A DNA stretch of 64,000 nt from Chiloscyllium plagiosum (Eukaryota), in the NCBI RefSeq assembly GCF_004010195.1, contig NC_057751.1, positions 19,492,535-19,556,534 on the forward strand, given 5' to 3'. A program made the position numbers and the translations under genes. The notes below the pieces were generated by a model that ran no database searches, had not been told where the DNA came from, and worked only from the letters and a program-made list of their open reading frames with translations. Below, piece after piece: positions 1-14,000 of the stretch (position 1 is its first letter; the number at the start of each line of letters is the position of its first letter).

Positions 1-1674
1 GTTTGAATGATGGATTATTAGATTCTTTCATGACGTCAGTGTTGCAGAAATACAAATAAGTTAAGTGAAATTTGACACACGCATTGCCAAATCAATTTCT
101 GTTAAATGATGGTCTTGTAGTTGATGGCTTATTTTGAATAAAATATGGAAAAAAAATCTATGGACATTATTTCAAATTTTGTGCCTCGACTGCTACCCTA
201 CCAAAGGGCTACCCAGCAAGAAACAATTTCAACCCTGCTCAAATTTAGTGATGTATTTATGTATTGAGTATCTTGCCATATTAAAAATTGTATGTGGTCC
301 TCATCACTGGTGTTAAATTTTATTGAAATTATTCAAGTTATTTTATTGTATGAAAGTAAATGTGGCCTAGTCTAATTGTTATGAATTCATCACCATTTTC
401 CTATTTCTTTCTGGCTGCTCTCAGTTGCTTCAAGTGGGGGGAGAAAATACAAAATCCATTCTAAACCTGTTCTAATATCCTTGTTTTAAACTCCCACTTG
501 CCTCCAGCAAAGGTTGATGATCTTGTCTCTTTGACTTGTGGCTGTCATTGAATTTGCAAATCTCCAGCTCTTCCCTTTTCCGAGGGAATTCCAATCAGCT
601 TGAGATCAGGGGTTTGAGCAGTTAGTGCTATTGCTGGACAACAAGGTAACCAATGGGGTAGCACCACTGAAAACAGACATAATGGCATGGCGCTGGCGGT
701 TTAAACTCCTGGTGTATCACTGTTGCATGCATTGAGTCAGAGTGGAAAATGGAAAACTGCTAAAGTCACAACATTGATACCAGACCAGCTGTAGGACTGC
801 AAGTACTGTACTGACTTGCAGGCTACCTGATCGACTAGGATATTGGTGCTAGAGACTTCAAGTGAGCAGGACTCGATCGGCAGAAATTTCCATGCCTCAA
901 AATCTTTATTTGTTGAGTCTCTGTACTTTAATATATTAGAGAATTTATTTTACTATCAGAATGCAACCTTTATTACTGTTTGTGAATTTGCAAGTTCTAT
1001 AAGTCTTTTATATGTTCACCATGCCAATTAATTCAGGAGTTGGTGATACAGAGTTATTTGCAGTCAGATGTTTTAGCATTTCAAATACCAGTGGGATTCC
1101 TTGCTGAACTATAGAAAGAGTGCTCCTCTCTCTGAGCAGGTAGCATTTCAACTTTCATTATGGTTCTTACAAGGTCTTGAACTAGAACAAATAGTTCTGG
1201 ACTTCTGTATAGTTCTTGTTTTGGTTATGGTTTTTAAGTTTATCATGGTGACACTTCACAGAGAAATACTCATTTTCTGGGCTTGCCTTGCTGTTCACAT
1301 AAACTTAACCAAAACAAGCCTGAATATATAGCTTTGATAAGTTCCAGTTTTTGAACAGAACTGGATTCTTAAAATTAATTGTTTTAGTTTCGGCCAAAGT
1401 GGGTCTTCTTTAACGTATTGCAAATGAGTTGCAAGCAGAGCTATTTATTATAAACCTGCGCCTGAATCTTCTCAATTTGTCATGTATAAAAGACAGTGTT
1501 GTAAATTGCAGTTTTTACCTGATTTAGCTCGCTTCAAATTAGGTTTAGTAACTTTTATCAAATATGCTTCATTTCCTCAGTGAATATTTTCAGGATGTAG
1601 AATTAACATCTTTTTTCAATTTCTATTCCCCCCCACCGAATTTTACTATCTCCTGTCCTGAATTGTTGGATAGT

Positions 1675-1845
1675 ACTGAAGAAACTCAGCAGGTCTGACC
1701 ATCTCTATGGAGAGAAAAAGAGTCAGTGTTTCAAGTTCAGAAACCTTTTGTCAGAACTAGGGTCGATGAAAGGTCAGTGGACTCGAAACATTAACTTGGT
1801 GTTTCTCTCAAAAGGTACTGGAGACCTGCTGAGTTTTCCCTCCAA
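1675..1845. mobile_element. Older palindromic Penelope-derived short element with degenerate hammerhead motifs
   Basis: Inverted arms gaaactcagcaggtc...gacctgctgagtttt around cgatgaaagg...ctcgaaacattaac. Relatives at about 12470-12570, 18400-18540, 39508-39645 and 63517-63630. Confidence 0.6.
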
Positions 1846-2384
1846 CACTTGTTGCATTTGTTTTAAGTGTCTGTTGCTTAGACATAGAAAATAGGAGCAG
1901 GAGTAGGTCATTTGGCTCATTCAGCCTACCCTGTAATTTAACACGATTGTGTCCGATCCTCGATCTCAACACTCATCTGCTCTCTCCCCTATGCCCCTCC
2001 ACACCTTCAGCCTCTAGAAATGTATCTTCTTTCGTAACTATATTCAGTGACTTGGCCTCCGCAGCCAAGAGTGTTCAGTATCCTCCTTCAAGCCAGGCAC
2101 CCAATGATGCAATTTGGGCTGAGCATCGGAACGTTTAATTTGGAAGATTTCCTGTGATGTGACTGATCACTGGAGGACTCTGATGTAATGACAGTGTGCC
2201 TACTGAGGATGATATGCTCCCATTTGAGTATCCTCCAAGGAAAAGGTACAATGTTAGGCTTCATTTGAATATGCCTGGTCTTGTCTTAGCATTCCAGTAT
2301 TTTAGTTGATAGAATTCTCTGTGTTGTCCTGTTGATTTATTACTTAGAATTAAATATTTATAACAAAGTATGCTCTTATTCCAG

Positions 2385-2522
2385 GTGTGATAAGCTTGCA
2401 GAAATGAACTGTCAGATTCAGCAAGAGCTTGGCCTGATTAGTACACAGGAAGACATTGCTAGTGACCAGATATCAGGAGTGCCTGAGAGACTCTCCTCTT
2501 TACTCAGTAACTTGGTCAGAAG
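2385..2522 (+). CDS. STAT6: STAT6 exon, end of coiled-coil domain ([15 protein letters not shown]...LSNLVRS)
   Basis: ttccag| acceptor, ag|gtaatt donor, phase 2-2. Resembles STAT6 CESLVDIYSQLQQEV and STAT5 CEKLAEI. Confidence 0.9.
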
Positions 2523-4972
2523 GTAATTCCATTATTACCATATTGCTTGTACCACCAAATGGTGGATAAGGTTCAAGGGGATGGTCTGGTCTATCACTGC
2601 TCAAATTCTTAAGTTGCATCAGTGCTGCATGTGCAAACTCTTTGATTTTCTACATTCAACACGTAGTGTCATAGCAATGTACAGCATAGAAACAGATGCT
2701 GTCCAACTCATCCATGCCGACCAAACATCCTAACCTAATCTAGTCCCATTTGCCAGCAATTGGCCTATATTCCTCGAAACCCTTCCTATTCATACACCCA
2801 TCCAGATGCCTTTTAAATGCTGTAATTGTACCAGCCTCCACCACTTCCTCTTTTTTTTATATCTTTCCCCTCTCACCCTAAACCTATACCCACTTAGTTC
2901 TGGATCCCCCTACCCCAGGGAAAAGACCTTGGCTACTTACCCTGTCCGTTCCCCTCATGACCTTTATAAACCTCTATAAGGTCACCTCTCGTCCTCCGAT
3001 GCTCCAGGGAAAACGGCCTATTCAGCCTCTCCTGTGAGCTCAAATCCTCCAACCCTGGCGATATCCTTGTAAATCTTTTTTTGAACCTTTTCAAGGCTCA
3101 CGTCCTGATATAAAGCAAATCCTTCACGTGGAATATGGTTCATGCTTGCCCTAATTCTGAGCTAGTACAATTTAAACTAGTGGCTTGATTCTTCTGTGAA
3201 TTAACTATCCTACCTTGTTCTGAACACAATTTGAAATATTTATGCAGAAACGACCCAAAATGCAGTCTTTTGGAATGTAGTGGTTTACCTCCGTTGAGAG
3301 CAAGGTGTGTGAATGGAGGAATGTTGCAAAACGTTGTATCGAACATTTGAATATCCATTTTGATAAGACTCTGTGATAAGGGAAAAAAAGTTAAGAACGA
3401 CTGACTGCCACTGTTGAACTGCTTCTGCCTCTCAGCCAGTATGTGCATCAATAGGTTTCCTTGCTGATAAGAGTGATTTTTCATTGAGTGAAAAAGGACG
3501 ATGTAAACATGAGCACCTTCATTTTCAGATCATTTGAATGTTAGTGAAATTTGCTATTAATCTTGTTTTCCCCACCCCAAACCCCAGGTAGATTCAAAAG
3601 TTTACAATGAAGCCGTTCATCTCATTGTGTCTGCACTGGTCAGCAAAGATCCTACGACACAAATCCCATGTCTTGAGGTGGGGCTAGTGGAAGTAGAAAC
3701 AGTTAACCCTGCTTAGAGGTCACTGTCACATGTCTCTTAGAGCCATCACTGGCCTGTGGGCCAGGAAGATTGACAGAGCTAATAAATGATGTTTGTTTTT
3801 TTTCTTGAAGCTTAAATGTTAAGTTTGACCTGTTTCCACAATTTTACAGTGCATTCCTTGTGGAAAAGCAGCCTCCACAGGTACTAAAGACTCAAAGTAA
3901 GTTTTCTTCAACTGTTCGCTTTTTGCTTGGCTTGAAGTTAAATGCCCCAACGAAGCCTCCTGTTGTGAAAGCCATAATCATTACGGAGCAACAGGCCAGA
4001 GTTATGAGACAACATGGGAGCATACACAAGTAAGATTGAATTCAGTGCTAATATATATATATGTATGTATGTATTATATGTATCTCTGTATCCAGTCTGC
4101 TTGTTGTTCAGTATGTACTAGGTCTCCTATTTCCTCTTATGATACATGAAGAGTATTCTACCGTTTGTGTTTTAGAAGGTTTGATGCTTCTGAGAACCAT
4201 CCATGAAAATAAAATCTGATTATTATGAGTCCAGCTGATGATGCGTCAGATGCCAAACTGAAATCTGGCTTGATGATCAAATTTTTAACAAATTTACCGA
4301 GTCAGTGTTTTACTGAAACACAACCATGTAATGCTGCAGATTTGGTTTTAACATTAAAACAAGTTTATTATTTGCCATGAAGCAAAGGTACAATAGATTA
4401 ACCAAAATATTTACATTTTACACCATTTGAAAGATTTAATGCACGATTTACTGGGTGGCACGGTGGCACAGTGGTTAGCACTGCTGCCTCACAGCGCCAG
4501 AGACCCGGGTTCAATTCCCGTTTCAGGCAACAGTCTGTGTGGAGTTTGCACATTCTCTCTATGTCTGCGTGGGTTTCCTCCAGGTGCTCCAGTTTCCTCC
4601 CACAGTCCAAACATGTGCAGGTTAGGTGAATTGGCCATGCTAAATTGCCCGTAGTATTAGGTGCATTAGTCGGAGGGAAATGGGTCTGGGTGGGTTGCTG
4701 TTTGGAGGGTCGGTGTGGACGTGTTGGGCCGAAGGGCCTGTTTCCACACTGTCAGTAATCTAATCTAAAATGCAACCTCCCTTTGACCAACACTGCCACT
4801 TCACAGCATTTGCACACGAGAGAGGATTCCATTCTCTATCAAATCTATAGGTGTGACTTGATTTGTTTCTTTCAATTCCCACTCCTGTGCAAACTGAAAA
4901 TGAGAGCTTTAAAGCTATGGTTCTTCTCTTCTTTTTTTCCCCCCTTTTCCTCTTTCTCGCTTTCTCTCTCCC

Positions 4973-5032
<60 letters not shown>

Positions 5033-8000
5033 AAACGTATTATCTCTCTTCTCATATTTCTATTTTCTGGAGCAGGGCAGACCATATAGATGATGGCCGA
5101 GATGAGATCAGCCACGATTGTGTTGCAAGGTGGCGAGGGCTTGAGCTGAATTGTCTACTCCTGCTCCTGGTCATTATGGTCTCTAAACTTCAAAATAAAT
5201 GATCATAATAAATCTCATACCTGCCATCACAATATAACCAAAGTTTTAATTTTTTTTTCAATAATAGTAAAAGTGCCAGCCTGTTATATTTTAATGCAGG
5301 ACTTGAGGTAAAATCTTAGAACTTGACCAAAATTTCTCAAGTTTCTAACACCTTAAATCAGGTTTAAGGTTAAGTACATCGGATTTAAGATTTTGCAATT
5401 AATAAATATAAAAAAAAATTGGGGGGATGAAATTCAAACGGTTTGTTTTTGTTTGTCTTTGTTTTTGTCTTTCCCTTCTGAAGATAGCAGTTCCCGTGGG
5501 CCCAATTCCACAGGTGCCAGCGAGCCCTCCATTGCCTTGCCCTGGGGTTAATATTATTCAAGTGTGAGGGCCCATTGAGAACACTGACAAAGTATTTGAA
5601 GTTAAATGGCTGCACAGCACTTAATCCATAGGCCTTGAGTGATCCAAGTGGATTCTCAACAAGGAAAGAAAGTGTTCAGTTTTTCAATTTATTCCATAGT
5701 CCTTTTGTGTGTTGAGGTAGAGCACAGTCTTGGTGTGGTCGCAGATTTTCTTTGTGTCCATTTTGAAAAGTTGAAATTAATTAATGCGTGTTAGCTATTT
5801 ATGATTTTGAAAAATGTGAAACTACTATATCTTTTTATTTTATTCCACCACCACCAGTGAAAACACAGGAGAGATCATGAACAATACCAGCTTATTGGAG
5901 TTCAGCAATGCCACAAAAACCACCAGTGCCAGCTTCAGGAGTATGGTGTGTATTAAAACTAAAAGCAAGTACTACCATCCCAGAGGGTTTTGTCTGCATA
6001 TTTTTATATGGATACTCTTGACATTCACCTTGGCTCTCTCAATTTTAGCCACAGAAGAGTATTTCACCTGCACTGTGCTGGTGGTGATACTGGATTAGTA
6101 ATTTAAGGGTCTGGGCTAATAATGTTCTTGTGTCAGTTCAAGAACCTGAATTCATAAAATACAGTATCGTACCATACAGCACAGAAGGAGAACATTAACC
6201 TATCATGTCTGTGAATGTTCTCTTCAAGAGTAACTCAGCTAATCCCACTCCCTGTTGTTTTGTTTCACCTGACAAATGTCATCTTTTCACCAGTGCCATC
6301 TAGTTCTCAGCTTTTCTGACGATGGGAATGGTTTCTTGGTATGTGTTCTGTGTGAACGTCTCATAATTTTTGTACACTTCTATCAAACCAGTTCTGTTCT
6401 TTCTCTTCAAAGGATAAAATTCCCAATGTCTCCAATCTATCCATGTAACTGCAGTCCCCCGTCTTAGAACCATTCTCTCAAATCATTTTTGTCCTCTCCC
6501 TAAGGTCACCACATAACATCCTAAAGCATGCTGTCCATAATTGGACATATTTCAGTTGTGGCTGAACTAGTATTCTATAAAAGTTCAACATGTATTCTAT
6601 GCTTGTCAAAGAAACTAAAAGCAATAAAGCCCAGGATCCTGTAATCCTTTTAATCTTTCTCTGCCGTATTGTATGTGCACATAATTCTCTAACTGTTCCA
6701 GTGTCCCTTTAGAATTATCTGCTTTAATGTCTTTCCTCACTTTAACTACCAAGATGTAGCTCTGCACATAAAATTTCATTTTTTATGTGTCTGCCCATTC
6801 TACCATCTTGTGTCTGTTCTCCTTGAAGACCATCATTTATCCTCTTGATAGTTTGCAGTACTCTTCAATATTTGGTATTGTCTGCAAATTTTGAAATTGT
6901 GCCTTGGACATGCAATACTTAAATTATTAATATACAGGTAGTCCACACCTAAATGTTATAGTTCCGTTCCTGAGAATTGATACTGGAGTGTGGGAGGCTG
7001 AGGGGTGACCTTTATAGAGGTTTATAAAATCATGAGAGGCATGGATAAGGTAAATAGACAAGGTCTTTTCCCTGGGGTGGGGAGTCCAGAACCAGAGGGC
7101 ATAGGTTTAAGGTGAGAGGGGGAAGATATAAAAGGGACTCAAGGGGCAACTTTTTCACACAGAGGGTGGTGCGTGTTTGGAATGAGCTGCCAGAGGATGT
7201 AGTGGAGGCTGATACAATTACAGCATTTAAAAGGCATCTGAATGGGTATATGAATAGGAAGGGTTTAGATTAATTTCTGATATCTGGTCGGCATGGACGA
7301 GTTGGACCGAAGGGTCTGTTTCCGTGCAATACGGCTCTATGACTCTAAGTGAATTGTGGGTCCCCATAGGAATTGGTTGGGCTCAAAGACCTTGACTTTT
7401 AGAAATTAAAAAAACATTAAAACATTTGCCCAGAGCTTCCAGTCTTTGATTTGTCTAAACCTGGACGTGTCCTGAATTGACTATGCAGCAATTGACTGTG
7501 CAGTTTAGATTTCCAATGAGCAATTGTCCTGTGCCTGGAACCCTCCAAGAAGTTCCCAGACTGAGTTGGAGTCATAGATTATGGTAGTTTCTGACTTTTT
7601 AACATTATTAAAACTCCTGGCTATCTATAAAACTGAATTATAAGTACCATCACCTTGAGAAGTCGTATTCAACAAACTAATAGAGCTAAAGACAAATACC
7701 CTGGCCGTGATGGTTTGCACCCTCAGATGCAATTCGGGATGGGAAATAAACGCTGGTCCAGCCAGTGATGGCCACATCCCATAACTGAATTTTTAAAAAT
7801 CCTAAAAGGTGTTTACAGAGATGGTGAATGTATTGGTTGTAATTTTCCAAAAATCCTTGGATTCTGGTGAAGTAGAGGATTGGACAACCACCAATTTGAC
7901 ACCCCTTCTCAAAACGTGAGGGAGGCAATCAGTGAGTAACTATAGGCTGATTAGCCTAACATCTCTTGTTTGCAAAGTATTGGAATCAATTGTTGGGGAA

Positions 8001-11000
8001 GTAATAGCAGAACATTTGGAAAATAATCATCCAATCAAGCAAAGTCAGCATTCTTTCCTGAAGAGGAAGTCTGGCTACTTTAGAGTTTTTCCAGGAAGTC
8101 TCAACCTGAGTGAATATTGGGGCACCAGTAGATTTATGTATTTGAACTTCCAGAAGACTTTTGACAAAAGTACCTCACAAAAGGTTAAGTCATGAGTTAA
8201 GCGCGCACGGTGTTGGAGATTAGTATATTGGAATGGATAGAGAATTGCTCATGGGCAGGAACCAGTGAGTGGGGTTAAGGGGTTCTTTTTCAGTTGGTGA
8301 CCTGTAACCAGTGGGGTTCCGCGGGGATCAGTGTTGGAACCGCAACAGTTTACAGTCTGTATGAATGACTTCGAGGAAGTGAATGCACTGTAGCCAAATT
8401 CACAAAAATAAGTGGAAAGGCAGGTTGTGAGAGGGATACAAACAGTTTAGAGAGATTGATAGGTGAAGTAGACAAAAAAAATTGGCAAATGGAGTATGAT
8501 AAAATGTGAAGTTCATTTTGGAACAAAGAAAAAACAGGATATTTAAATAGAGAAACACTGCAGGGAGCTGCAGCACAAAGGGATTTGGGGGGGGAACTTG
8601 TGCATCAAGCATAGAGCTAGCACACAGAGCAGCAGGTAATCAGGAAGGCGAATGGAATGTTGGCCCTGATTTCAAGGGGTTTGAAGTATGAGAGTAGGGA
8701 AGTCTGTCTGCGACTGTACAAGATGCTGATGAGACCAAATTTAGAATACTGAAAGCAGTTTTGGTCCTTTTTTATTAAGAAAAAAAGATCATTTCATTGG
8801 AGGCAATTCAGAGAAGGTTCATTTAAGATGATCTCCAGTAAGGAGGGGATTGTCTTATTAGCAAAGGTTAAACAGGTTGGGATTCTACCCACTAAGTTAG
8901 AAGAATGAAAGGTAATTTTATTGAAATGTGCTGGCGAGGTGAGGAATAGGGAGAGTGAGGAGTTGAACCCTGGGCTACAGGAATGGTGCGGGGGGGAGGG
9001 GGGGTGGGTTTGGATTCCTGGACGAGTGGGGCTCTTTCTGGGGAAAGTGGGGCCTCTACAAACAGGATGGTCTTCACCTGAACCAGAGGGGTACCAATAT
9101 TCTGGAGGGGAAATTTGCTTATGCTCTCTGGGTGGGTTTAAACTAATTCAGCAGGGGGATGGGAACCCAAATTGTAGTTTGATATACAGGGGTATACTAA
9201 GAGTAGAGAGGTCCAAAATGGGGTTTCAAGATTGCATGAGAGCACCGACAAGCAAGAAGTTGGTTTGACGTGTGCCTACTTCAATGCCAGGAGCATCCGG
9301 AATAAGGTGGGTGCACTTGCAGCATGGATTAGTACCTGGGACTTCGATGTTGTGGCCGTTTCGAAGACATGGGTAGAGTAGGGACAGGAATGGTTGTTGC
9401 AGGGTCCAGGAAAGGACATTTGAGGACTCGTCTACTGAGATAGTATGGGCTGAGGTTAGAAACAAGAAAGGAGAGGTCACCCTGTTGGGAGTTTTCTATA
9501 GGCCTCCAAATAGTTCCAGAGATGCAGATGAAAGGATAGCAAAGATGATTCTGGATAGGAGCAATAGCAACAGGGTAGTTGTTATGGGTGATGTTAACTT
9601 TCTAAATATTGACTGGGAATACTATATTTCAAGTATTTTAGATGGGTCAGTTTTTGTCCAGTGTGTGCAGGAGGGTTTCCTGACACAGTATGGGGACAAG
9701 CCAACATGGTGCGAGGCCACATTAGATTTGGTACAGGGTAATGAACCTGGCCAGGTGTTAGATTTGGAGGTAATAGTGACCACAATTCGGTTATGTTTAC
9801 TTTAATGATGGAAAGGGATAGGTATATACTGCACGGCAAGAGTTATTGCTGGGAGAAGGCAGTTATGATGCAATTAGGCAAGATTTAGGATGTGTAGAAT
9901 AGGGAAAGAAACTGCAAGGGATGGGCACATTTGAAATGTGGAGCTTATTCAAGGAACAACTGCTGTGGATCCTTGATAAGTATGTATCAGTCAAGCTGGG
10001 AGGAAGTTGTCAAACGTAGGAGCCGTGGTTTACTAAAGTTGAATCTCTTGTCAAGAAGATGAAGAAGGCTTATGTTAGGATGAGATGTGAAGGCTCAAGG
10101 CACCTGAGAGTTACAGGTGAGCTAAGAAGAGCCAGGAGGGGACATGAGAAGTCGTTGGTGAGTAGGATCAAGGAAACCCTAAGGCTTTCTATAGGTACAT
10201 CAGGAATAAAAAAAATGACTAGAGGAAGATTAGGCGAAAGTGAGGACTGCACATGCTGGAGATTAGAGTCAAGAATGTGGTGCTGGAAAAGCACAGCAGG
10301 TCAGGCAGCATCTGAGGATCAGGGGAATTTACGTTTTGGGCAAAAGCCCTTCATCAGGAGAGTACCACTAGAGTAAGGTTAGGACCAATCAAGGATAGTA
10401 GTGGGAAGTTGTGCGTGGAGTCCAAGTAGATGATGAAGCACTGAATATTTTTCGTCAGTATTCATACTAGAAAAAGACAATATTGGCAAGAAAGATACTG
10501 AGATACAGGCTACTAGACTAGATGGGATTGAGGTTCACAAGGAGGTGGTGTAACAATTCTGGAAAGTGTGAAAATAGATTAGTCCCCTGGGCTGGATGGG
10601 ATTTATCCCAAGGATTCTCTAGGAAGCCAGGGAGGAGATTGCCGAGCCTTTGACTTTGATCTTTATGTCATCATTGTCTATAGGAATAGTGCCAGAAGTC
10701 CGGAGGATGGCAAATGTTGTTCCCTTGTTCAAGAAGGGGAATAGAGACAACCCTGGTAATTATAGACCAATGAGCCTTACTTCAGTTGTGGCTAATGTCG
10801 GAAAGGGTTAGAAGAGATAGGATTTATAATCATGTAGAGGGGAATAAGTTGATTAGGGATAGTCAACATGGTTTTGTGAAGGGCAGATTGTGCCTCACAA
10901 ACCTTATTGAGTTCTTTTGAGAAGATGACCAAACCGTGGATGAGGGTAAAGCGGTTGCTGTGGTGTATATGGATTTCAGTAAGGCGTTTGATAAGATGCC

Positions 11001-14000
11001 CCAAGGTAGGCTACCGCACAAAATGCGGAGGCATGGGATTGAGGGTGATTTAACAGTTTGGATCAGAAATTGGCTAGCTGAAAGAAGACAGAGGGTGGTG
11101 GTTGATGGGAAATGTTCATCCTGGAGTTCAGTTACTAGTGGTGTACTGAAAGGATCTGTTTTGGGTCCACTGCTGTTTATCGTTTTTATAAACTAGCTGG
11201 TTGAGGGTATAGAAGGATGAGTTAACAAATTTGCGGATGACACCAAGTTCAGTAAAGTTGTGGACAGTGCCAAGGGATGTTGGGGGTTACAGAGGGACAT
11301 TGATAAGCTGCAGAGCTGGGCTAAGAAGTGGCAAATGGAGTTTAATGTGGAAAAGTGTGAGGTGATGCACTTTGGAAGGAGCAACAGGAATGCAGAGTAC
11401 TGGGCTAATGATAAGATTCTTGGTAGTGTAGATGAGCAGAGGGATCTGTGTCCATGTACATAGATCCCTGAAAGTTGTCACGCAGGTTAATAGGGTTGTT
11501 AAGACATACGGTGTGTTAGCTTTTATTAGTAGAGGGATTGAGTTGCGGAACCATGAGGTCATGCAACAATGCTGCAGCTGTACAAAACTCTGGTGCAGCG
11601 GCACGTGGAGTATTGTGTACCGTTCTGGTCACTGCATTATAGGAAGGATGTGGAAGCTTTGGAAAGGATTCAGAGAAGATTTACTAAGGTGTTGTCTGGT
11701 ATAGAGGGAAGGTCTTACGAGGAAAGGCTGAGGGACTTGAGGCTGTTTTTGTTAGAGAGAAGTTGAGAGGTGACTTAATTGAGACCTATAAGATAATCAG
11801 AGGATTAGATAGCTTGGACAGTGAGAGCGTTTTTACTCCGATGGTGATGGCTAGCATGAGGGGACATAGCTTTAAATTTTGACCTCTATGCCTAGCTGGT
11901 GTGCAAAAATAATCTCTTGCCCGATCGTATCCTTGTCAAAATGAAGGACTTGCATTTTTATCATGCCTTGGAAGATCCAAAATGTTTCGCAAACTACTAC
12001 GGCAATCCTGTTGGAGACTGTTAAAGTTTAGAGAAGAAATCTGAGCACCCGTCAATCAACCAATTGATTGAAGTAGGCCATAAACAAAAACAAACTTTAT
12101 TACAAATCAAAAGAAATCTTTAAAAAAGAAGCTTTGTTAATTTCACAGTATTATCTAGTTATATTTTATTTTCTCTTGCACATGCACTCGCGCTCTCCTT
12201 TCACTCCCCCTCCAAGTTCTCTAGCTTACTCGGGGTGCATTGCTTAGCCAAAAGTTAATGGAAGAACCTCCATGTAATCTAGCTTTTGGCAGTGAGCCAA
12301 ATAGAAATGCAAGTTAATTATTTTCGTTCAACAACTGTTTGATTCTGCAACCCATGGAAATGTATATTGTTAATGTACTTGTCCCTCCATCCAGACTCCT
12401 TGGCTCCATTAGAGGCTTAGAAGTGTTCAAAGCATATTTATTGATCAAGTTTTCATCATCAGTCCTGTTCGCTGGTGACTGGACTCGAAATGTTAACTGT
12501 TGTTCTCTTTACAGAAGCCGCCAGACCTGCTGTGTTTCTCCAGCATGCTCTTTTTGTTTTCATTGCAGGTTCCTTTGTGTTTATAATCTGAATTATAAGA
12601 GAGCTATCTGCAATCCAATTTCATACCTTTTTGTATTGTCAGAATATGGGGAGGAAATGGCCTTGTGGTATTATTGCTGGACTGTTAAACCAGAGACCCA
12701 GATAATGTTCTGGGGACCTGGGTTTGAATCCCATCACGACTGGTGGAATTTGAATTCAGTAAATATCTGGAATTCAGAATCTAATGATGACCATTAATCC
12801 ATTGTAGATTGTTGGCAAAACCCATCTGGTTCTCTAATGTTCTTTAGGGAAGGAAACTGCCATCCTTCCCTGATCTGGCCTACGTGTGACTCCAGACCCA
12901 CAGCCAATGGGGTTAACTGTTAACTGCCCAATTAGGGATGGGCAATAAATGCTGCCTAGCCAGTGATCCCCACATCCTGTGAATGAATAAAGAAAGAAAA
13001 AGAAACTAATCAACCACAGCCTCATTTCATTCTCCCAGTATTTTAATAATGCTACGATAGCTGATTTCCTCTGAAATTTCTTGTCTTACATCTTCTCAGT
13101 TCCAAATATACTTCCTCCTCCTAAATTATTATTTTCCAGAACCTCCCCTAGGTAATTATACTTCTCCCAAAAATCTAAAGGCTTTAAAGTCCAAGCTTGA
13201 TGACGTCTGTTCCCTACTTCCTGACTTGCTTTATTTTTTACTTGATTCCATCTTATTTGTATCCTGCACTTTGACCTTTGTCTAGCTACCTTAATAATAG
13301 GATGGCTGTACTTAAAATCCTCTTCTTCAATCAATTTTTTTTTCATGTTAGTCAGAAGGCAATTAAATGCAAGGCAACACACATTTCATTGGCTTTGTTC
13401 AAACATGTCATGTTCAGTAAAGGAGATTCAAAACTGCTGTAAGATCAAAACATATGTTGAGTAATCTCTTGAACTTGAATAACCAGAAAATGAAAGATAG
13501 AGCAGAAAGCTTGGTCTTCATTCACTTAAAAACATTTAGTTAGTTGTATACTGTGTATCTCTAACTGAACATTTTGTAGCCCTTCTAAGAATGATGATGA
13601 ATTGGCATCAGCAGCACTGTGCACTCCCTATACTTTTATGTGGAGTTGCTTTGGTTTTTGATTATGTTTGTACAAAAAGTATTTGCAGTTGCGATGAACA
13701 TTGTAATTTTGCAGCAAGGTTAATTCCTTTAAACTGCTCCTCTCAGCTGTCCTTAACTTTGTTGGCCACACAAGCTTTTAGTTGCTGCCTCAATCTTTTC
13801 CAGAAATTTGGAAATTTAATGAAAATTGTTCAAGTAATTTGTTCCCTGATTTTCTTTCCTGCCGCTTGCTTTAAAAAAAAGTGTTTGTTGGCCTGTGCTG
13901 AGCACTTCCTTCTATGTCACAGCCAAGATCAGGAAAGCTCCATGTGAAGAAGCCTGAATGAGGCCCCCGTACATTTAATATGACGGTTTCAGTCATTGGC

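Noticed and set aside
578..592. ttccgagggaattcc as a composite STAT/NF-kB site
   Set aside because: N5 spacing and a 9-bp kB-like match; cannot be supported without conservation data.
4453..4525. tRNA-like sequences here and at 44415, 50320, 48196 and 57453
   Set aside because: SINE heads continuing into the V domain and LINE tail, not tRNA genes.
4783..5202. 139-aa ORF and the antisense RERERE ORF
   Set aside because: Produced by the (TC)n microsatellite.
6967..6976. STAT6-type TTC-N4-GAA sites (also 14902, 17289, 19684) as autoregulation
   Set aside because: A 6-bp-specified motif is expected many times by chance in 64 kb, and two of these are just transposon consensus.
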